Origin: Octopus sinensis
Lineage: Eukaryota
Reading direction: 5' to 3'
Assembly: GCF_006345805.1 (NCBI RefSeq)
Contig: NC_043001.1
Span: forward strand, 19,840,001-19,904,000
DNA: 64,000 bases
Shown: piece by piece, positions 40,706-53,350 of the stretch
Layout: every line of letters begins with the position of its first letter
Position numbering within the stretch: the first letter of the stretch is position 1
Made by a program: the position numbers and the translations under genes
Notes under the pieces: model-generated
The model's database searches: none
What the model saw: only the letters and a program-made list of their open reading frames with translations
Told to the model about the DNA's origin: nothing

Positions 40706-41519
40706 ATATATACATGTTGTATAAATCAGACTTATTTCAGTTCCTGGGTTTGGTTGGCCCAGAGCAAGAGTACAAGTTACTTGCTTAACGTGTCATGCAG
40801 TGGGAATGAATGCAAAACCACGTGGCTAAGAATCAAATGTCTCAACAACACAACCAAGCCTGCACCCCCGCAATTCTAAATTCTCTCTAATATCATCATC
40901 ATCATCATCATCATTATTCTAACGCCCACTTTTCTGCTTTAACTACCACTATATCACAGTATTTCGCTATTATGCCACATTTTATCATTTCTATTACATC
41001 CACTTCAAAGACATCGAAATATATAAAATATATATTACATAGCACTGAGCAGGTACATGCAATGTGCATTGAATGTCACACTGTGCTTTAAACAACACGA
41101 CAGATTTCTTCACTGTGATCTCAAGCCAGACTACAGCACGCTATACAGCTAGTCACTCCCATTCATATGATCATTTACTGCCATGTCATAGCTTTAACTA
41201 AAGCAGTGTTCTCACCAGCTCCACTAACAATAAGGACAACCATGACATATGATACACTGATATCTTTTCATGTAATATTTTCAAAACATTTCTTATGTTT
41301 GAATGCTGAGGTTAATCATTAAAAAACTAAAAAACTAAATGGTTTATATTCAATCCAAAATTATCTTATTTTCATAGTAAAAAATTTAAATTATTATTTT
41401 TGATAGGTTACATGCATGACCTATATATAACCAATATTTAAGAAAGTTCAGCAGATGTAGTCAAGTTGTTCTTCATTTTCAGCATAGAAGTAACAATGAA
41501 TGTCTCATAAATTTTCTAC

Positions 41520-41913
41520 TCTCTCTTTATATATAAAACTGAAGTTGTCTGTGTATGGCAGGTTTGGTAGCCTTCAACTAACACTATCTCCTACGAGACC
41601 CTGTGGCACAAGTTGACTAAAATTGAGAGTATGATAGAAGAAGGCTTGCTCTTCCTTCCATAGAAGAAAAAATTCAAATCAGACCATGTTAAGACCAAAA
41701 ATTATTTACATCAAAAAGGTGCTTTTTTTCTATGAAAATCCCTATTTTTTACGATTTTTTGACTGCTGTGTCGCCATTTTTCTGTGTATTTCAACCAGAA
41801 AAATGTTCACTTAAAAAGAATAACAAGCTACATAATGCAAAACTTTTACTTTTCAAAAATTCCAATTCTAAAGGGTCGAAACAAACCTGAGCAACACCGG
41901 ACGATACTGCTAG
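41520..41913 (+). mobile_element. Non-autonomous Helitron
   Basis: TCTCTCTTTATATATAAAA 5' end; CCTGAGCAACACCGG hairpin relic then CTAG|T. Confidence 0.8.
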
Positions 41914-42284
41914 TTTACAATAAATATATGTTTATTTTCACAATCTTAAGAATTCACTTTAATATTTACTTTTGACTTTGAAATTGAGGATTCATAATAT
42001 CATTCACTTAATACACTCCAATTTTATAAAAGTTAATTTTGTAATTTAAAATTCTCTAACATTAACACAATCTCAGTGGGTCTGCTGATGCAGGCCTGGA
42101 TAAGCGCATGCACAGTTTAGGTGCAGGTTTCTGGCTAAGAAGTTTGCTTCCAAATCATGAGATTTCAGTATGAGTTTTACTGCATCACACCGAGGGAAAG
42201 TGTTTTTTATTATTGCCCTGGGATGACTAAAGCCTTCGAGTGAATTTAGTGGCTGGGAGCTGAAAGAAGAGTGTCGTGTGTATA

Positions 42285-42472
42285 TCATCATCATCATCAT
42301 TTAGCGTCCGCTTTCCATGCTAGCATGGGGTCTGTGAAGCTGGAAGGCTTCGTCAGGCCCAGTCAGATCTGGCAGTGTTTCTACGGCTGGATGCCCTTCC
42401 TAACGCCAACCACTCCGTGAGTGCTTTTTATGTGCCACCCGCACAAGTGCCAGACAGAGCTGGCAAACGGCC
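42285..42472 (-). mobile_element. RTE LINE 3' end
   Basis: (CAT)n plus conserved 3' UTR. Confidence 0.8.
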
Positions 42473-42473
42473 A

Positions 42474-42623
42474 AATCGAAGGGCGTGAAGCCGCCGCACG
42501 CCTAGGACCCGCGTGCAGAAGGTGCGGCGGCTGCTGCAACGGCCCGTACGCGTCGGTCTCAGTCTAATATTTGCGCCGCGACCAATGCGGAAGGCCGACT
42601 GTATCGTCACGACCGGGACGATA
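42474..42623. other. GC/CpG-rich multi-hairpin island of unknown origin
   Basis: Stems AGCCGCCGCAC/GTGCGGCGGCT, GTCGGTCT/AGGCCGAC, TATCGTC/GACGATA. Confidence 0.7.
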
Positions 42624-42663
42624 TATATATATATATTATATATATATAATTTTTTTTTTTTTT

Positions 42664-42834
42664 CGATGGCCGGATAACTGAAGGGATGGTGGTGTGGTCT
42701 TCCGCCCCGACATCTGAAACTTGGAATTTTATCACGGCTACCGAATAATTGTCGCATATATTTACAGATAAATTCCTCTATTTACATAATATTGAGGTCT
42801 CTTTCATTCTTTTGTTGTCTTACCATTTCTATCA

Positions 42835-42838
<4 letters not shown>
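42664..42838 (+). mobile_element. ~175-bp (TA)n-associated hammerhead-bearing element
   Basis: GATAA CTGAAGG GATG...CATC T GAAA C...TTATC; (TA)n on both flanks. Confidence 0.75.
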
Positions 42839-42867
<29 letters not shown>

Positions 42868-42900
42868 ATATATATATAATATATATATATATATTTATAT

Positions 42901-43220
42901 AGGCATGTGACTTAGTGGTTAGGGCATTTGGCTCATGGTTGTCAGGTTGTGAGTTCAATTCCTAGCAAAATTTTATGTCCTTGAGCAAGACACTTTATTT
43001 CAGGTTGCTCCATCCACTCAGCTGACAAAAATGACTAATACCTGTATTTCAAAGGGTCAGCCTTGTCACACTCTATGTCACACTGAATCTCCCTGAGAAC
43101 TATGTCAAGGGCACGCGTGCTTGTGGAGTGCTCAGCTATTTGCATATTAATTTCATGAGCAAGCTGTTCCATTGATCAGATCAACTTGAACCCTCATTAT
43201 CATAACTGACAGAGTGCCAG
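42901..43220 (+). mobile_element. SINE, head E plus tail X
   Basis: Tail ACCTGTATTTCAAAGGG..GCCTTGTCAC...GATCAAC shared with the 45919 copy. Confidence 0.8.
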
Positions 43221-43223
43221 TAA

Positions 43224-43258
<35 letters not shown>

Positions 43259-43275
43259 GTACACATAAATATATA

Positions 43276-44528
43276 CACAGACATGTTAGAAGTAAATAGA
43301 CACCCTTATAATCATTAATATTTATTTCAATCTGAAATTATACATTCAAATTATTTATTAATTGTTATGATGTGAATATTTATATTTAGTAGACATGCCT
43401 CTTGCATTGCGTTTTTCAATGCAAGGACTCTATTAGGCATGTTAATGATCAGATGACAAATATTCTCTTGAGGAATTTCTTGCCAAGTTTCATGCAGTAA
43501 TCTCAAAAGATTTGGCTTTGAAGTAGCTTTCTTGTTCTTTTTATGAAGTGTCCTGTCCATTATGCCCCAGAGGTGTTCAATAGGGTTCATATCTGGCGAC
43601 TGGCTTGGTCATGGAAGGTTTTCCATGCCATTCTCACCCAACAAATCTTGGGTCATTTTAGCCATGTGACAAGGAGCCCCATCTTCCATAAATAAAGTTT
43701 TCTTTAATCATTTTACCATTGGAGAAGATTGGAGGGAGTCCTTTCTGCAATATGGACATGTATTTATCTGAGTTTATGTATCCCTCACACTCCACCAGCT
43801 CTGATTGACCATTGCTCCAAATTGCTCCCTAGACCATCACAGAATAGCTGCCATGTTTCATTGTTGGCTGCAATCTTTTCATGTCAAATTCTTGATCACA
43901 GAATCTCCAGACATACACTCGACCACTGTCAGAAAACAGAGCAAATCTGGACTCATCAGAGAATATGACACTGTCCCAAAATACTAGTAGCCTCTCCAGT
44001 GTCTCACTGGCCCAATCTTTTCTCTGCTTGATATTGGCTGGTCAAAGAAATGGCTTCCGTCTTGCTGCTCTACCATAGTAACCAAGTTTGTGGAGATACC
44101 TGACAGCTGTTCTTAGACTGGCATCAATATCTTCTGCTATGTCAGGGGTCTTGCAATGAGGATTATCCTCCACACTTCTCTTAACAAAGAGAAGGGTCCT
44201 GTCAGAGAGCCCTGGTCAAAGTGATGTGGACACCTTCCCCTCTCTGGTAAATTGCACAATCACTCTATTAACTGTAGAAAGTGGGATCCCAAGATTTTCT
44301 GTGATTTTACACTGACTATGTCCACCTTCAGATTGACCAACAATATGGCTTTTTTGAAATTCAGACAGTTCCAAGACTTCTTTTGTACATGTCATGATTA
44401 AACAGTCACATATAGAACCTGAAACATAAAAATGTCAATTAATAATAAAAAAATATAAACCTTTACAAGTTAGAATAAACATAAAACGATGTTTTATGGG
44501 GTGTCTATTTATGTCTGTCATGTCTGTG
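43276..44528 (-). mobile_element. Near full-length decayed Tc1 transposon
   Basis: TA|CACAGACATG..AAATAGACACCC...GGGTGTCTATTT..CATGTCTGTG|TA; EDGAPCH and PSQSPDMNPIEHLW motifs. Confidence 0.92.
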
Positions 44529-45479
44529 TATATATATAGTATGCGCATGTGTGGTGTAGGTTCAGGCATGGCTGCATGGTTAAGGAGTTTGTTTCCCAAC
44601 TGTACAGTCTATGATTCAGCCCCATTGTATGACACCTTGGGCAAGTGTCTTCTACCATAACCATGTGCCAACCAATGGCTAGTGTTTGGATTTGGATACC
44701 AGAAACTGAAATGTATGTATGTATGTATGTATGTATGTATGTATGTATGTATGTATGTATGTATGTATGTATGTATGTACATTTATGTATGTATATATGT
44801 ATGTATGTATGTATGTATGTACATTTATGTATGTATATATGTATGTACACTTATGTATTGGAAGTGTGTGTGTGTGTGTATGTGTGTGAGCATGTGTGCA
44901 TATATGCTCTTGTCTTGACATGACATGAAAGTTGGCAACAGGAAGGGCGTCTGATTGTAGAACATTTGCCACAAGAATTTCCTTCTGACCCACACATGTA
45001 TGACAAAGTGGATGTTAAATGCTGAGTGTATGTGTGTATGTGTGTGCATGTCTGCATACATGCATGTGTGTTTATGTGTAGATGTACACTGGAATTATTT
45101 AATTTAAAGACAAAGAGGTACACAGAGGATTAAACTAAAATTATTTCCATTTATTTAATCCTTTATGACTTAAACTAAATATGAATAAACAGAGATATTG
45201 CTTTATTATTCTTTTAAATGACATAAGTTTAAACATGAACATTTTAATTAATGAAAAGCAATAATTTGTTGTATTAAAAAATGTCACAAAAACAAGTTAT
45301 AAATTAAAACCCACAAATACTTTAATAACATTTTAGAAAAAGAGTATTTTAATCTTAATATTGTGCATTCTAAAATTTATCAATAACTGTTTGATTTTGA
45401 AAGAATTTTAAAAAATAACTATTCCAAGTTGATGTTTGGAATATAAATTAGTACAAAATTTTCATGGAAGATTTGAATT

Positions 45480-46890
45480 AAGATTGTGTTGAAATAGATA
45501 GTTTATATCGTGTTGAAATAGATAGTCTGTATCATAAACTAGGAGCAGTGTCATTATCATTGTATGATTGTAGTGATGGTTAAATGAAAATAATTTGTCA
45601 TCAGAGTATTGTCCAACTGAATAAGCTACCAGATCTGGATGCCCAATTAAGTTACTCCCCATGCTGTGGACATCTTCAATGAATCTGGGCATTATCCTGA
45701 CCATCCTCAATAAGAGCAATTATGAAAAAGTACTGAAAGTATGGACAGATATATTTAGCTTGTTGATGAAGAACAGTAAAATGATTGTAATTGACATTTT
45801 AAACAATGTTCGACGGAAATACTGTTCATGGATTTGTGTCATAACAATTAGAATTTGACTGAAGTAGTTTGGGCTTGTCAAACATGTTATGTGTAAAACA
45901 AATGTACATTTTTGTCAAGGAGGCGCAATGGCCCAGGGGTTAGGGCAGCAGACTCGCGGTCGTAGGATCGCGGTTTCGATTCCCAGACCGGGCGTTGTGA
46001 GTGTTTATTGAGCGAAAACACCTAAAAGTTCCACGAGGCTCTGGCAGGGGATGGTGGTGATCCCTGCTGTACTCTTTCACCACAACTTTCTCTCACTCTT
46101 ACTTCCTGTTTCTGTTGTACCTGTATTTCAAAGGGCCGGCCTTGTCACTCTCTGTGTCACGCTGAATATCCCTGTCTGTGGAGTGCTCAGCCACTTACAT
46201 GTTAATTTCATGAGCAGGCTGTTCCGTTGATCGGATCAACCGGAACCCTCATCGTCGTAACCGACAGAGAGCTTCCATCCATCACATTTTTGTCAAAAAA
46301 GTTTTGCTTAGGAACATAATAATTGGCTGTCATCAGCCTTTTGTGAGATGGCTCAAAATCTGATTGGTTTGACTCTGCAGCTCAGTGTATGTCCAGAATT
46401 GGTCAAGAGAAGTATTTTATCAAGGGTGTATGAATCTACTGGTTTAGGATGGTAAATGGTAACAAGATCATAATTTTGGTGGCATGTCTGCAACATGGTT
46501 CAATCAAAGGCATCATAAATACTACAGCCAAACTAGAGAATTTAAAAAAGACAATGCTTCCATATATGTTTCTAAGAGTTGTTTGGGTTGGTTATAGATT
46601 TTTGTTTCTGTACGACTCCAACGTGAATCATACCACAAGAACAATGAAAGAATTCATCAAACGCAAGAAATCGAATTGATGCAGTGGCCAGCTCAATCCC
46701 TGGATTTAAACCTGATAGAAAACTTTTGGAAGAAGATTGCCATGAGTACTAAATAAAGGAAATCAAAAAAAAAATATAAGAACAAAAATAAAATAAGAGG
46801 AAATATCAGATTGTGATCATGAAACTTATAGAATCAATGCTTTGTAGATATAATATGATTTTGAGCTACTGAACCAAGTATTAGTACCAT
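45480..46890 (+). pseudogene. Old Tc1 transposase relic split by a SINE
   Basis: WPAQSLDLNLIENFW near 46685; LYDSNVNHT (cf. QDNDPKHT). Confidence 0.65.
45919..46283 (+). mobile_element. SINE, head D plus tail X, 13-bp TSD
   Basis: TSD ACATTTTTGTCAA at 45906 and 46284; tRNA-like head GGAGGCGCAATGGCCCAG...GGTTTCGATTCCC. Confidence 0.9.
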
Positions 46891-47079
46891 GTGATTGCAT
46901 TCTTCTGTTCTCCATTTTGCTTTTAGAAAAAAGTGTTAAATGTTTTAAAATTAAGTAACATTTGTTTTTGTAGTGTTATTGATACTGCCAGTAATTGTAT
47001 TAAGCTAATTTAAAATTTTCACATTTAAACTTACACCAATTAAAAGAGCAAAAAATTCTCTTCTGTTTATAAATAGTTT

Positions 47080-48564
47080 AGGAATGGCTGTGTGGTAAGT
47101 AGCTTGCTTACGAATCACATGGTTCTAGGTTCAGTCCCACTGCATGGCACCTTGGGCAAGTGTCTTCTTCTATAGCCTCAGGTCGACCAAAGCTTTGTGA
47201 GTGGATTTGGTAGACAGAAACTGAAAGAAGCCTGTTGTATATATGTATATGTATATATATGTATGTGTGTGTGTATATGTTTGTGTGTCTGTGTTTGTTC
47301 CCCCAACAGCACTTGACAACCAATACTGGTGTGTTTACGTAAGTTAGTGGTTCAGCAAAAGAGACCGATAGAATAAGTACTAGGTATACAAAGAGTAAGT
47401 TCTAGGCTTACAAAGAATAAGGTTGATTTGCTCAACTTAAAGGCAGTGCTCTAGCATAGCCACAGTCAAATGACTGAAACAAGTAAAAGATTAAAGAGTA
47501 AAGAGAGTTTGAATTATAAGTGATTAAATAAATAATCAGCACCTACTTATCAGTATACCTTAGTCATTAAATTAAATTACTTCACCATGTGTATCTTTGT
47601 GTCTCTAACATAGACTTGGCCAAGTGGTTAAATCCACTTTGCACTCATGTGTTCTAGGTTTCATTGACCTGCATAGTATGTAGGGAAAGTTTCTTTTCCA
47701 AGAGCATCAAGTCAACTGATCCTTGGGTGAAACACTGGGCAGATGGTAGGGCAAAATTGAGTAGAAATCCATGAGATGGACAAAGTCAGCCTTCTGTAAC
47801 ATGTTCCTACATGAGATTCATGTTAAAGGTACCAGTGTATATTGAAAAACTCAGCCACTTTTAATGATTCTTTTATTCTTTTATTTGTTTCAGTCATTTG
47901 ACTGTGGCCATGCTGGAGCACCATCTTTAGTTGAGCAAATCGCCCCCAGGACTTATTTTTTGTAAGCCTGGTACTTATTCTATCAGTCCCTTTTTGCCGA
48001 ACTGCTAAGTTACAGGGACAAGAACATGCCAACATCAGTTGTCAAGCGATGGTGGGGGGACAAACACACACACACATATACGACAGGCTTCTTTCAATTT
48101 CCATCTACCAAATCCACTCACAAGGCTTTGGTTGGCCCAAGGCTATAGTTGAAGACACTTGCCCAAGGTGCAACGCAGTGGGACTGAACCCGGAACCATG
48201 TGGTTGGTAAGCAAGCTTCTTACCACACAGCCACTCCTGCACCTATATATTGATTTTAGGTAGTTCAGTTGATTGAATAACTGGAATATATATAAATTTA
48301 ACTCATTGATGCTGATTAAGATTCATTTACTTACTCTATATATGCATATAATATGCATATGTACGTGTGTGTATGTGTGTAAATTTATGTACACATACAT
48401 ATATACATGCACATACATACACGGATACATGCATACATACATGCATACATATATGCATACATACATACATACATACATACATACGTACGTACATACATAC
48501 ATAATTACATGTGTGCATGCGTGCGTGTCAAAAGTGAGAGAGGGACAGAGAGAACGTGTGTGTG

Positions 48565-48650
<86 letters not shown>

Positions 48651-49535
48651 GTTCTTTAAGGTATGAGGTGTTGTAAAAACTACTATAACTCATTAAAAAA
48701 AGCTAATAAATTTTGAGCTTATTTCTTAAACATGGTATGCAAACACTACAGTAAGTCTTTGTCCCAAATGTTTTGTCTGTCTGTATGTAGGTATGTATGT
48801 ATACATGCATGTATATATGCATGTATGTATGCATGAATGCATATATATAAATATATATTTAAATCTCTTTTGTGCATTACAATTGAAAAGCTCATAAATC
48901 CAGTACTCTGTATTATATATTTTGAAACATTATATGAAAATTAAAAAGAGAATGGTTTAAATGGCCATGAAGTTTTATCCCAAGCTGTTGTACATTGACA
49001 AACCCCACAATTAGGGCGAAATAAATTTATCTGTATCTGCTTGTAGCTACTAGGACAACCAAAACATAAAAATCAGAAGGAATTATATCTAATCACATAA
49101 TAAAAGTATATACTATCTCTTTACTCTTTTACTTGTTTCAGTCATTTGAATGTGGCCATGCTGGAGCACAGCCTTTAGTCGAGCAAATTGACCCCAGGAC
49201 TTATTCTTTGTAAGCCTAGTACTTATTCTATCAGTCTCTTTGGCTGAACCACTAAGTTACGGGAACATAAACACAGCAGCATTGGTTGTCAAGTGATGTT
49301 GGGGGTGGGGGACAAACACAGACACACAAACACATACACACATATATATACATATATATATACATATATACGACGGGCTTCTTTCAGTTTCTGTCTACCA
49401 AATCCACTCACAAGGCTTTGGTTGGCTCAAGGCTATAGTAGAAGACACTTGCCCAAAGTGCCACACAGAGGGATTGAACCTGGAACCATGTGGTTGGTAA
49501 GCAAGCTACTTACCACACAGCCACTCCTGCACCTA
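47080..49535. mobile_element. SINE family A copies at 47080-47505 (+), 47868-48243 (-), 49117-49535 (-)
   Basis: Consensus matches. Confidence 0.88.
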
Positions 49536-49945
49536 TATGAAAATAAATTAATTCTCTCTCTCTCAGTGATTCTCTCCCCTTAAGGGAAGTTTCTCCCCCT
49601 CTTCAATTTCTCACCGAACTCTATTTCTCTCAGCCACTGAGACTGAAAACAACCACAGATGGCAACAGCAGTCACTAATCAAATTTCACATTTACCTCAA
49701 AGTTCTTTTTAAAAAAAGCTTAGTGAGTGACACGTGCAAAAGTTTCGGGGGTTTTTTTAAAAGAAAAGAAAGAATATAAAGATAAACATTTTCTTCATAA
49801 CTTTCATATAATATTTCATAATATATTCAAACAACAGATATTTCAAAGTAAAATTGGCTAAGATTTCCAGCTGAATGATTGGAAATGTATAACTCAGAGT
49901 ACTGGAATTATGAGTCTTTCAGTTATAATGTATCATATACCATGT

Positions 49946-49982
<37 letters not shown>

Positions 49983-49984
49983 CA

Positions 49985-50033
<49 letters not shown>

Positions 50034-50549
50034 TATCGCCATACTAATATGGCATTCTTATAAAAATAAGAAAAAAGCTGTCCGCTTATTAGAGAGACTT
50101 AGTAATTTTAATATTTCTATTATATATATATATATAGTTGGAATTTACAAAAAACCAAAAGACAAAGACAGGTGTATGAACAACAAACAGGTGTATGAGT
50201 TTAATGCTCGGGAAGGTGAGAAAGTCTTTTACGTTTCAAGCCTATGCTCTTCAACAGAAAAGAACACGAGAAAATAAATAGAAAGAGAATAAAAAAAGTT
50301 TTAGTGACTAGCAGTTGATCATGGTGATGATCGGACAGAGGTGGTCAGACAGGAGAGCTCGGAAGAAGGGGAGATAATAAAGTAGTGGTGATCCCAAATC
50401 AAAGGTGTGCATGTGTGTGGGTGTGGATTGGGGCTGGTGACCTTGACATGTGGGTGTGTGTATGTGTAGGTGTGTGAATGATGGTGTGGGGGAGGCTGGT
50501 TTATGGAGTTTCCCTGGGTTTTTCATCCATAAGGGTTTTGGCCTTACTG

Positions 50550-50688
50550 CGCATCATCAGACCCCAAACCTGTTGGCCTAAGACCTCATCAAAATATGGA
50601 GGAGGAAATGTCTATCTTTAGTAAAGCATTTCTCCCTGCATATTTTGATGAGATCTTAGGCCAAAAGGTTTGGGGTCTGATAATACAC
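50550..50688. repeat. Fold-back inverted repeat, ~60-bp arms
   Basis: ATCAGACCCCAAACCT..TGGCCTAAGA.CTCATCAAAATATG / CATATTTTGATGAG.TCTTAGGCCA..AGGTTTGGGGTCTGAT. Confidence 0.88.
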
Positions 50689-51074
50689 TGTATATCATAT
50701 TAACTGCTCTACATCTTAGAGTGTGCTTTTTCTCTGAATTTATGTTTTTCTACAAACAATATATATGTATTTAATCTTCTCTCTTTACTCCTTTGTGCCA
50801 CATGGGCTCAACTCTCCTCTCCTCTTCATCTAACCCTCCTCCCCTCTCCTCTCTTCCTCTCACACCAACTTCCTTTCACCCACCTCTCTTCTCTTGCTCT
50901 AACTCCTACTTCTCTTCACTCCTACCCTCCTTCACTCCTACTTCCCTATCCATCCCATCCCTTATGCCCACTCCCACCTACCCCACCTCTACTCCCCACC
51001 CTCAACCTAACCCACACCCCACCCTTACTTTACCCACTCTTGTCTACACCACCTGGTTTCGTCTTTTGCTTTTT

Positions 51075-51147
<73 letters not shown>

Positions 51148-51289
51148 AATGAATATGTCCTTTGAAAACAAGGTGTACTGGATTTCAAATACGTGCCCTA
51201 GTATGAAATATGTCTAAAATCTTAAAAGATATATAGAGATTAATGAGAGTGATTATATATTAGAGTGATTATTTATTACATATCATAGT

Positions 51290-51765
51290 CATATCTTAAA
51301 AATCATAATAAAGATAAGTATATAATACTAGCAATATTGTATTAATAAATAAATAAAATACAGCTATGATTATTAAAAAGTTTTAAAATGCTTAAAATTT
51401 CTTACAATCATTTCATGAATGTACTTCCTCTTAAAATGAAATCTAAAGTTGATAAGCCTTGTTGGGAAGTATATCCACTCATCAGAGAATCACGTTGAAT
51501 TTATACCAACATGGATATAGGAATACCAGTAATTTTTTAAACAACATTTTCCTCATTCAATTCAAACAGCATTTTCTTCATTCACTTTCCCAACGATGCT
51601 TATCAACTTCAGATTTCATTTTAAGAGGAAGTATATGCACAAATTAATCATAAGAACTTTTAAACATTTTTTTAATAATCATAGCTGTACTTTATTTATG
51701 TATTTATTGATACAATAGTGCTAATATTACATACTTATCTTTATTATGATTTTTAAAATGTAGCT
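51290..51765. repeat. Diverged inverted repeat, ~180-bp arms
   Basis: TACTTCCTCTTAAAATGAAATCT / AGATTTCATTTTAAGAGGAAGTA and AAAATCATAATAAAGATAAGTA / TACTTATCTTTATTATGATTTT. Confidence 0.88.
51399..51489 (-). ncRNA. Candidate type I hammerhead ribozyme with long stem II
   Basis: UUCU CUGAUGA GUGGAU AUACUUCC...GGAAGUAC AUUCAU GAAA UGAUUG UA AGAA. Confidence 0.65.
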
Positions 51766-51802
51766 GTTCCACTATTTTACTCTCAAATATATATATATGA
51801 AT

Positions 51803-52112
51803 GGAGGCGCAATGGCCCAATGGTTAGGGCAGCGGACTCGTGGTCGTAGGATCACGGTTTCGATTCCCAGACCAGGCGTTATGAGTGTTTATTGAACGAA
51901 AACACCTAAAGCTCCACAAGGCTCTGGCAGGGGGTGGTGGCGATCCCTGCTGTACTCTTTCGCCACAACTTTCTCTCACTCTTTCTTCTGTTGGCCTGCT
52001 CGCTTAGCCAGCGGGGTGGCGTCCTTTGAAGGCTAAAACAATGTGAAGTGCATTGTGACCAGCGATGTTTAGTAACATCTGATAGCCTGGTCGGTCACGG
52101 TGATCATGGTGG
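51803..52112 (+). mobile_element. SINE, head D plus tail Y, 13-bp TSD
   Basis: TSD TATATATATGAAT at 51790 and 52113. Confidence 0.88.
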
Positions 52113-52326
52113 TATATATATGAATTGAGGATATAATCATTAAAATGATTATATCGGTGGCTAGCATATAAAAAATGACCATATTGGTAAAATTAATTTT
52201 TAAGTATATAATTATAAAATTATAATTATAATTAAGGGCACTAAAATGCCAGCACCATTATGCTACAAATAGATGTCAAATACTTACAAACCACTCTAAA
52301 TCCACTTCTCTATTTATAACCCCGGG

Positions 52327-52364
<38 letters not shown>

Positions 52365-52366
<2 letters not shown>

Positions 52367-52640
52367 CATAATCATCATCATTTAACATCAGCTTTCCATG
52401 CTGGCATGGGTTGAACGGTTTGACTGAGGGGTGGCAAGCCAGAAAGCTGCACTAGGCTCCAGTCTAATCTGGCAAAGTTTCTACAGCTGGATGCCCTTCC
52501 TAACACCAACCACTCCGAGAGTGAGGTGGGTGCTTTTATGTGCCACTGGTACGAGGGCCAGTCAGGTGGTACTAACATCAACCAAAAGCTCAAATGGTGC
52601 TTTTTACGTGCTACCTGCACAAGAGCCAGTCTGATGGCAC
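52365..52640 (-). mobile_element. RTE LINE 3' end
   Basis: Conserved 3' UTR. Confidence 0.85.
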
Positions 52641-52649
52641 TGATGTTAT

Positions 52650-53350
52650 ATGCATGGCCTAGTGGTTAGGCTGTTGCACTCACAATTGCATGATTGTGGT
52701 TTCAATTACTGGTCTGGGAGGGGCATTGTGTTCTTGAGCAAAACACTTCATCTCATGTTGCTCTGTGATCACGTTGACATCTGACGTGCGATACACCATA
52801 CATTCGTACAAGTAAGCACAGGAGTGGCTGTGTGGTAAGTAGCTTGCTTACGAACCACATGGTTCCGGGTTCAGTCCCACTGCATGGCACCTTGGGCAAG
52901 TGTCTTCTACTATAGCCTCGGGCCAACCAAAGCCTTGTGATTGAATTTGGTAAACGGAAACTGAAAGAAGCCCGTCATATATATATGTATTTGTATATAT
53001 ATGTGTGTGCGTGTTTATGTGTCTGTGTTTGTCCCTCCCACATCCCTTGACAACTGATGCTGGTATGTCTATGTCTTCGTAACTTAGCAGCTCAGCAAAT
53101 AAGACTGATAGAATAAGTACTAGGCTTACAAAGAATAAGTCCTGGGGTCGATTTGCTCGACTAAAGGCGGTGCTCCAGCATGGCCACAGTCAAATGACTG
53201 AAACAAGTAAAAGAGTAAGTAATGTCGATTTGATGGCAGGAGTGAGTTGAAGTGCTGCACAAACATCTGACCACTATAAACAAATCATTTGAGCAGGTTG
53301 TTCTGCAAAAAATTGCAGAACCCTCTTTCTCAGGCTATGACGGACTACCA
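52650..53350 (+). mobile_element. Head-E SINE with a family A SINE (52816-53217) nested inside
   Basis: GCATGGCCTAGTGGTTAGG head; family A consensus inside. Confidence 0.75.

Noticed and set aside
45919-45990. tRNA gene (also 51803, 15100-15175, 3327)
   Set aside because: tRNA-like A/B boxes run directly into SINE bodies, TSD-bounded at 45919 and 51803, and lack a complete cloverleaf acceptor stem
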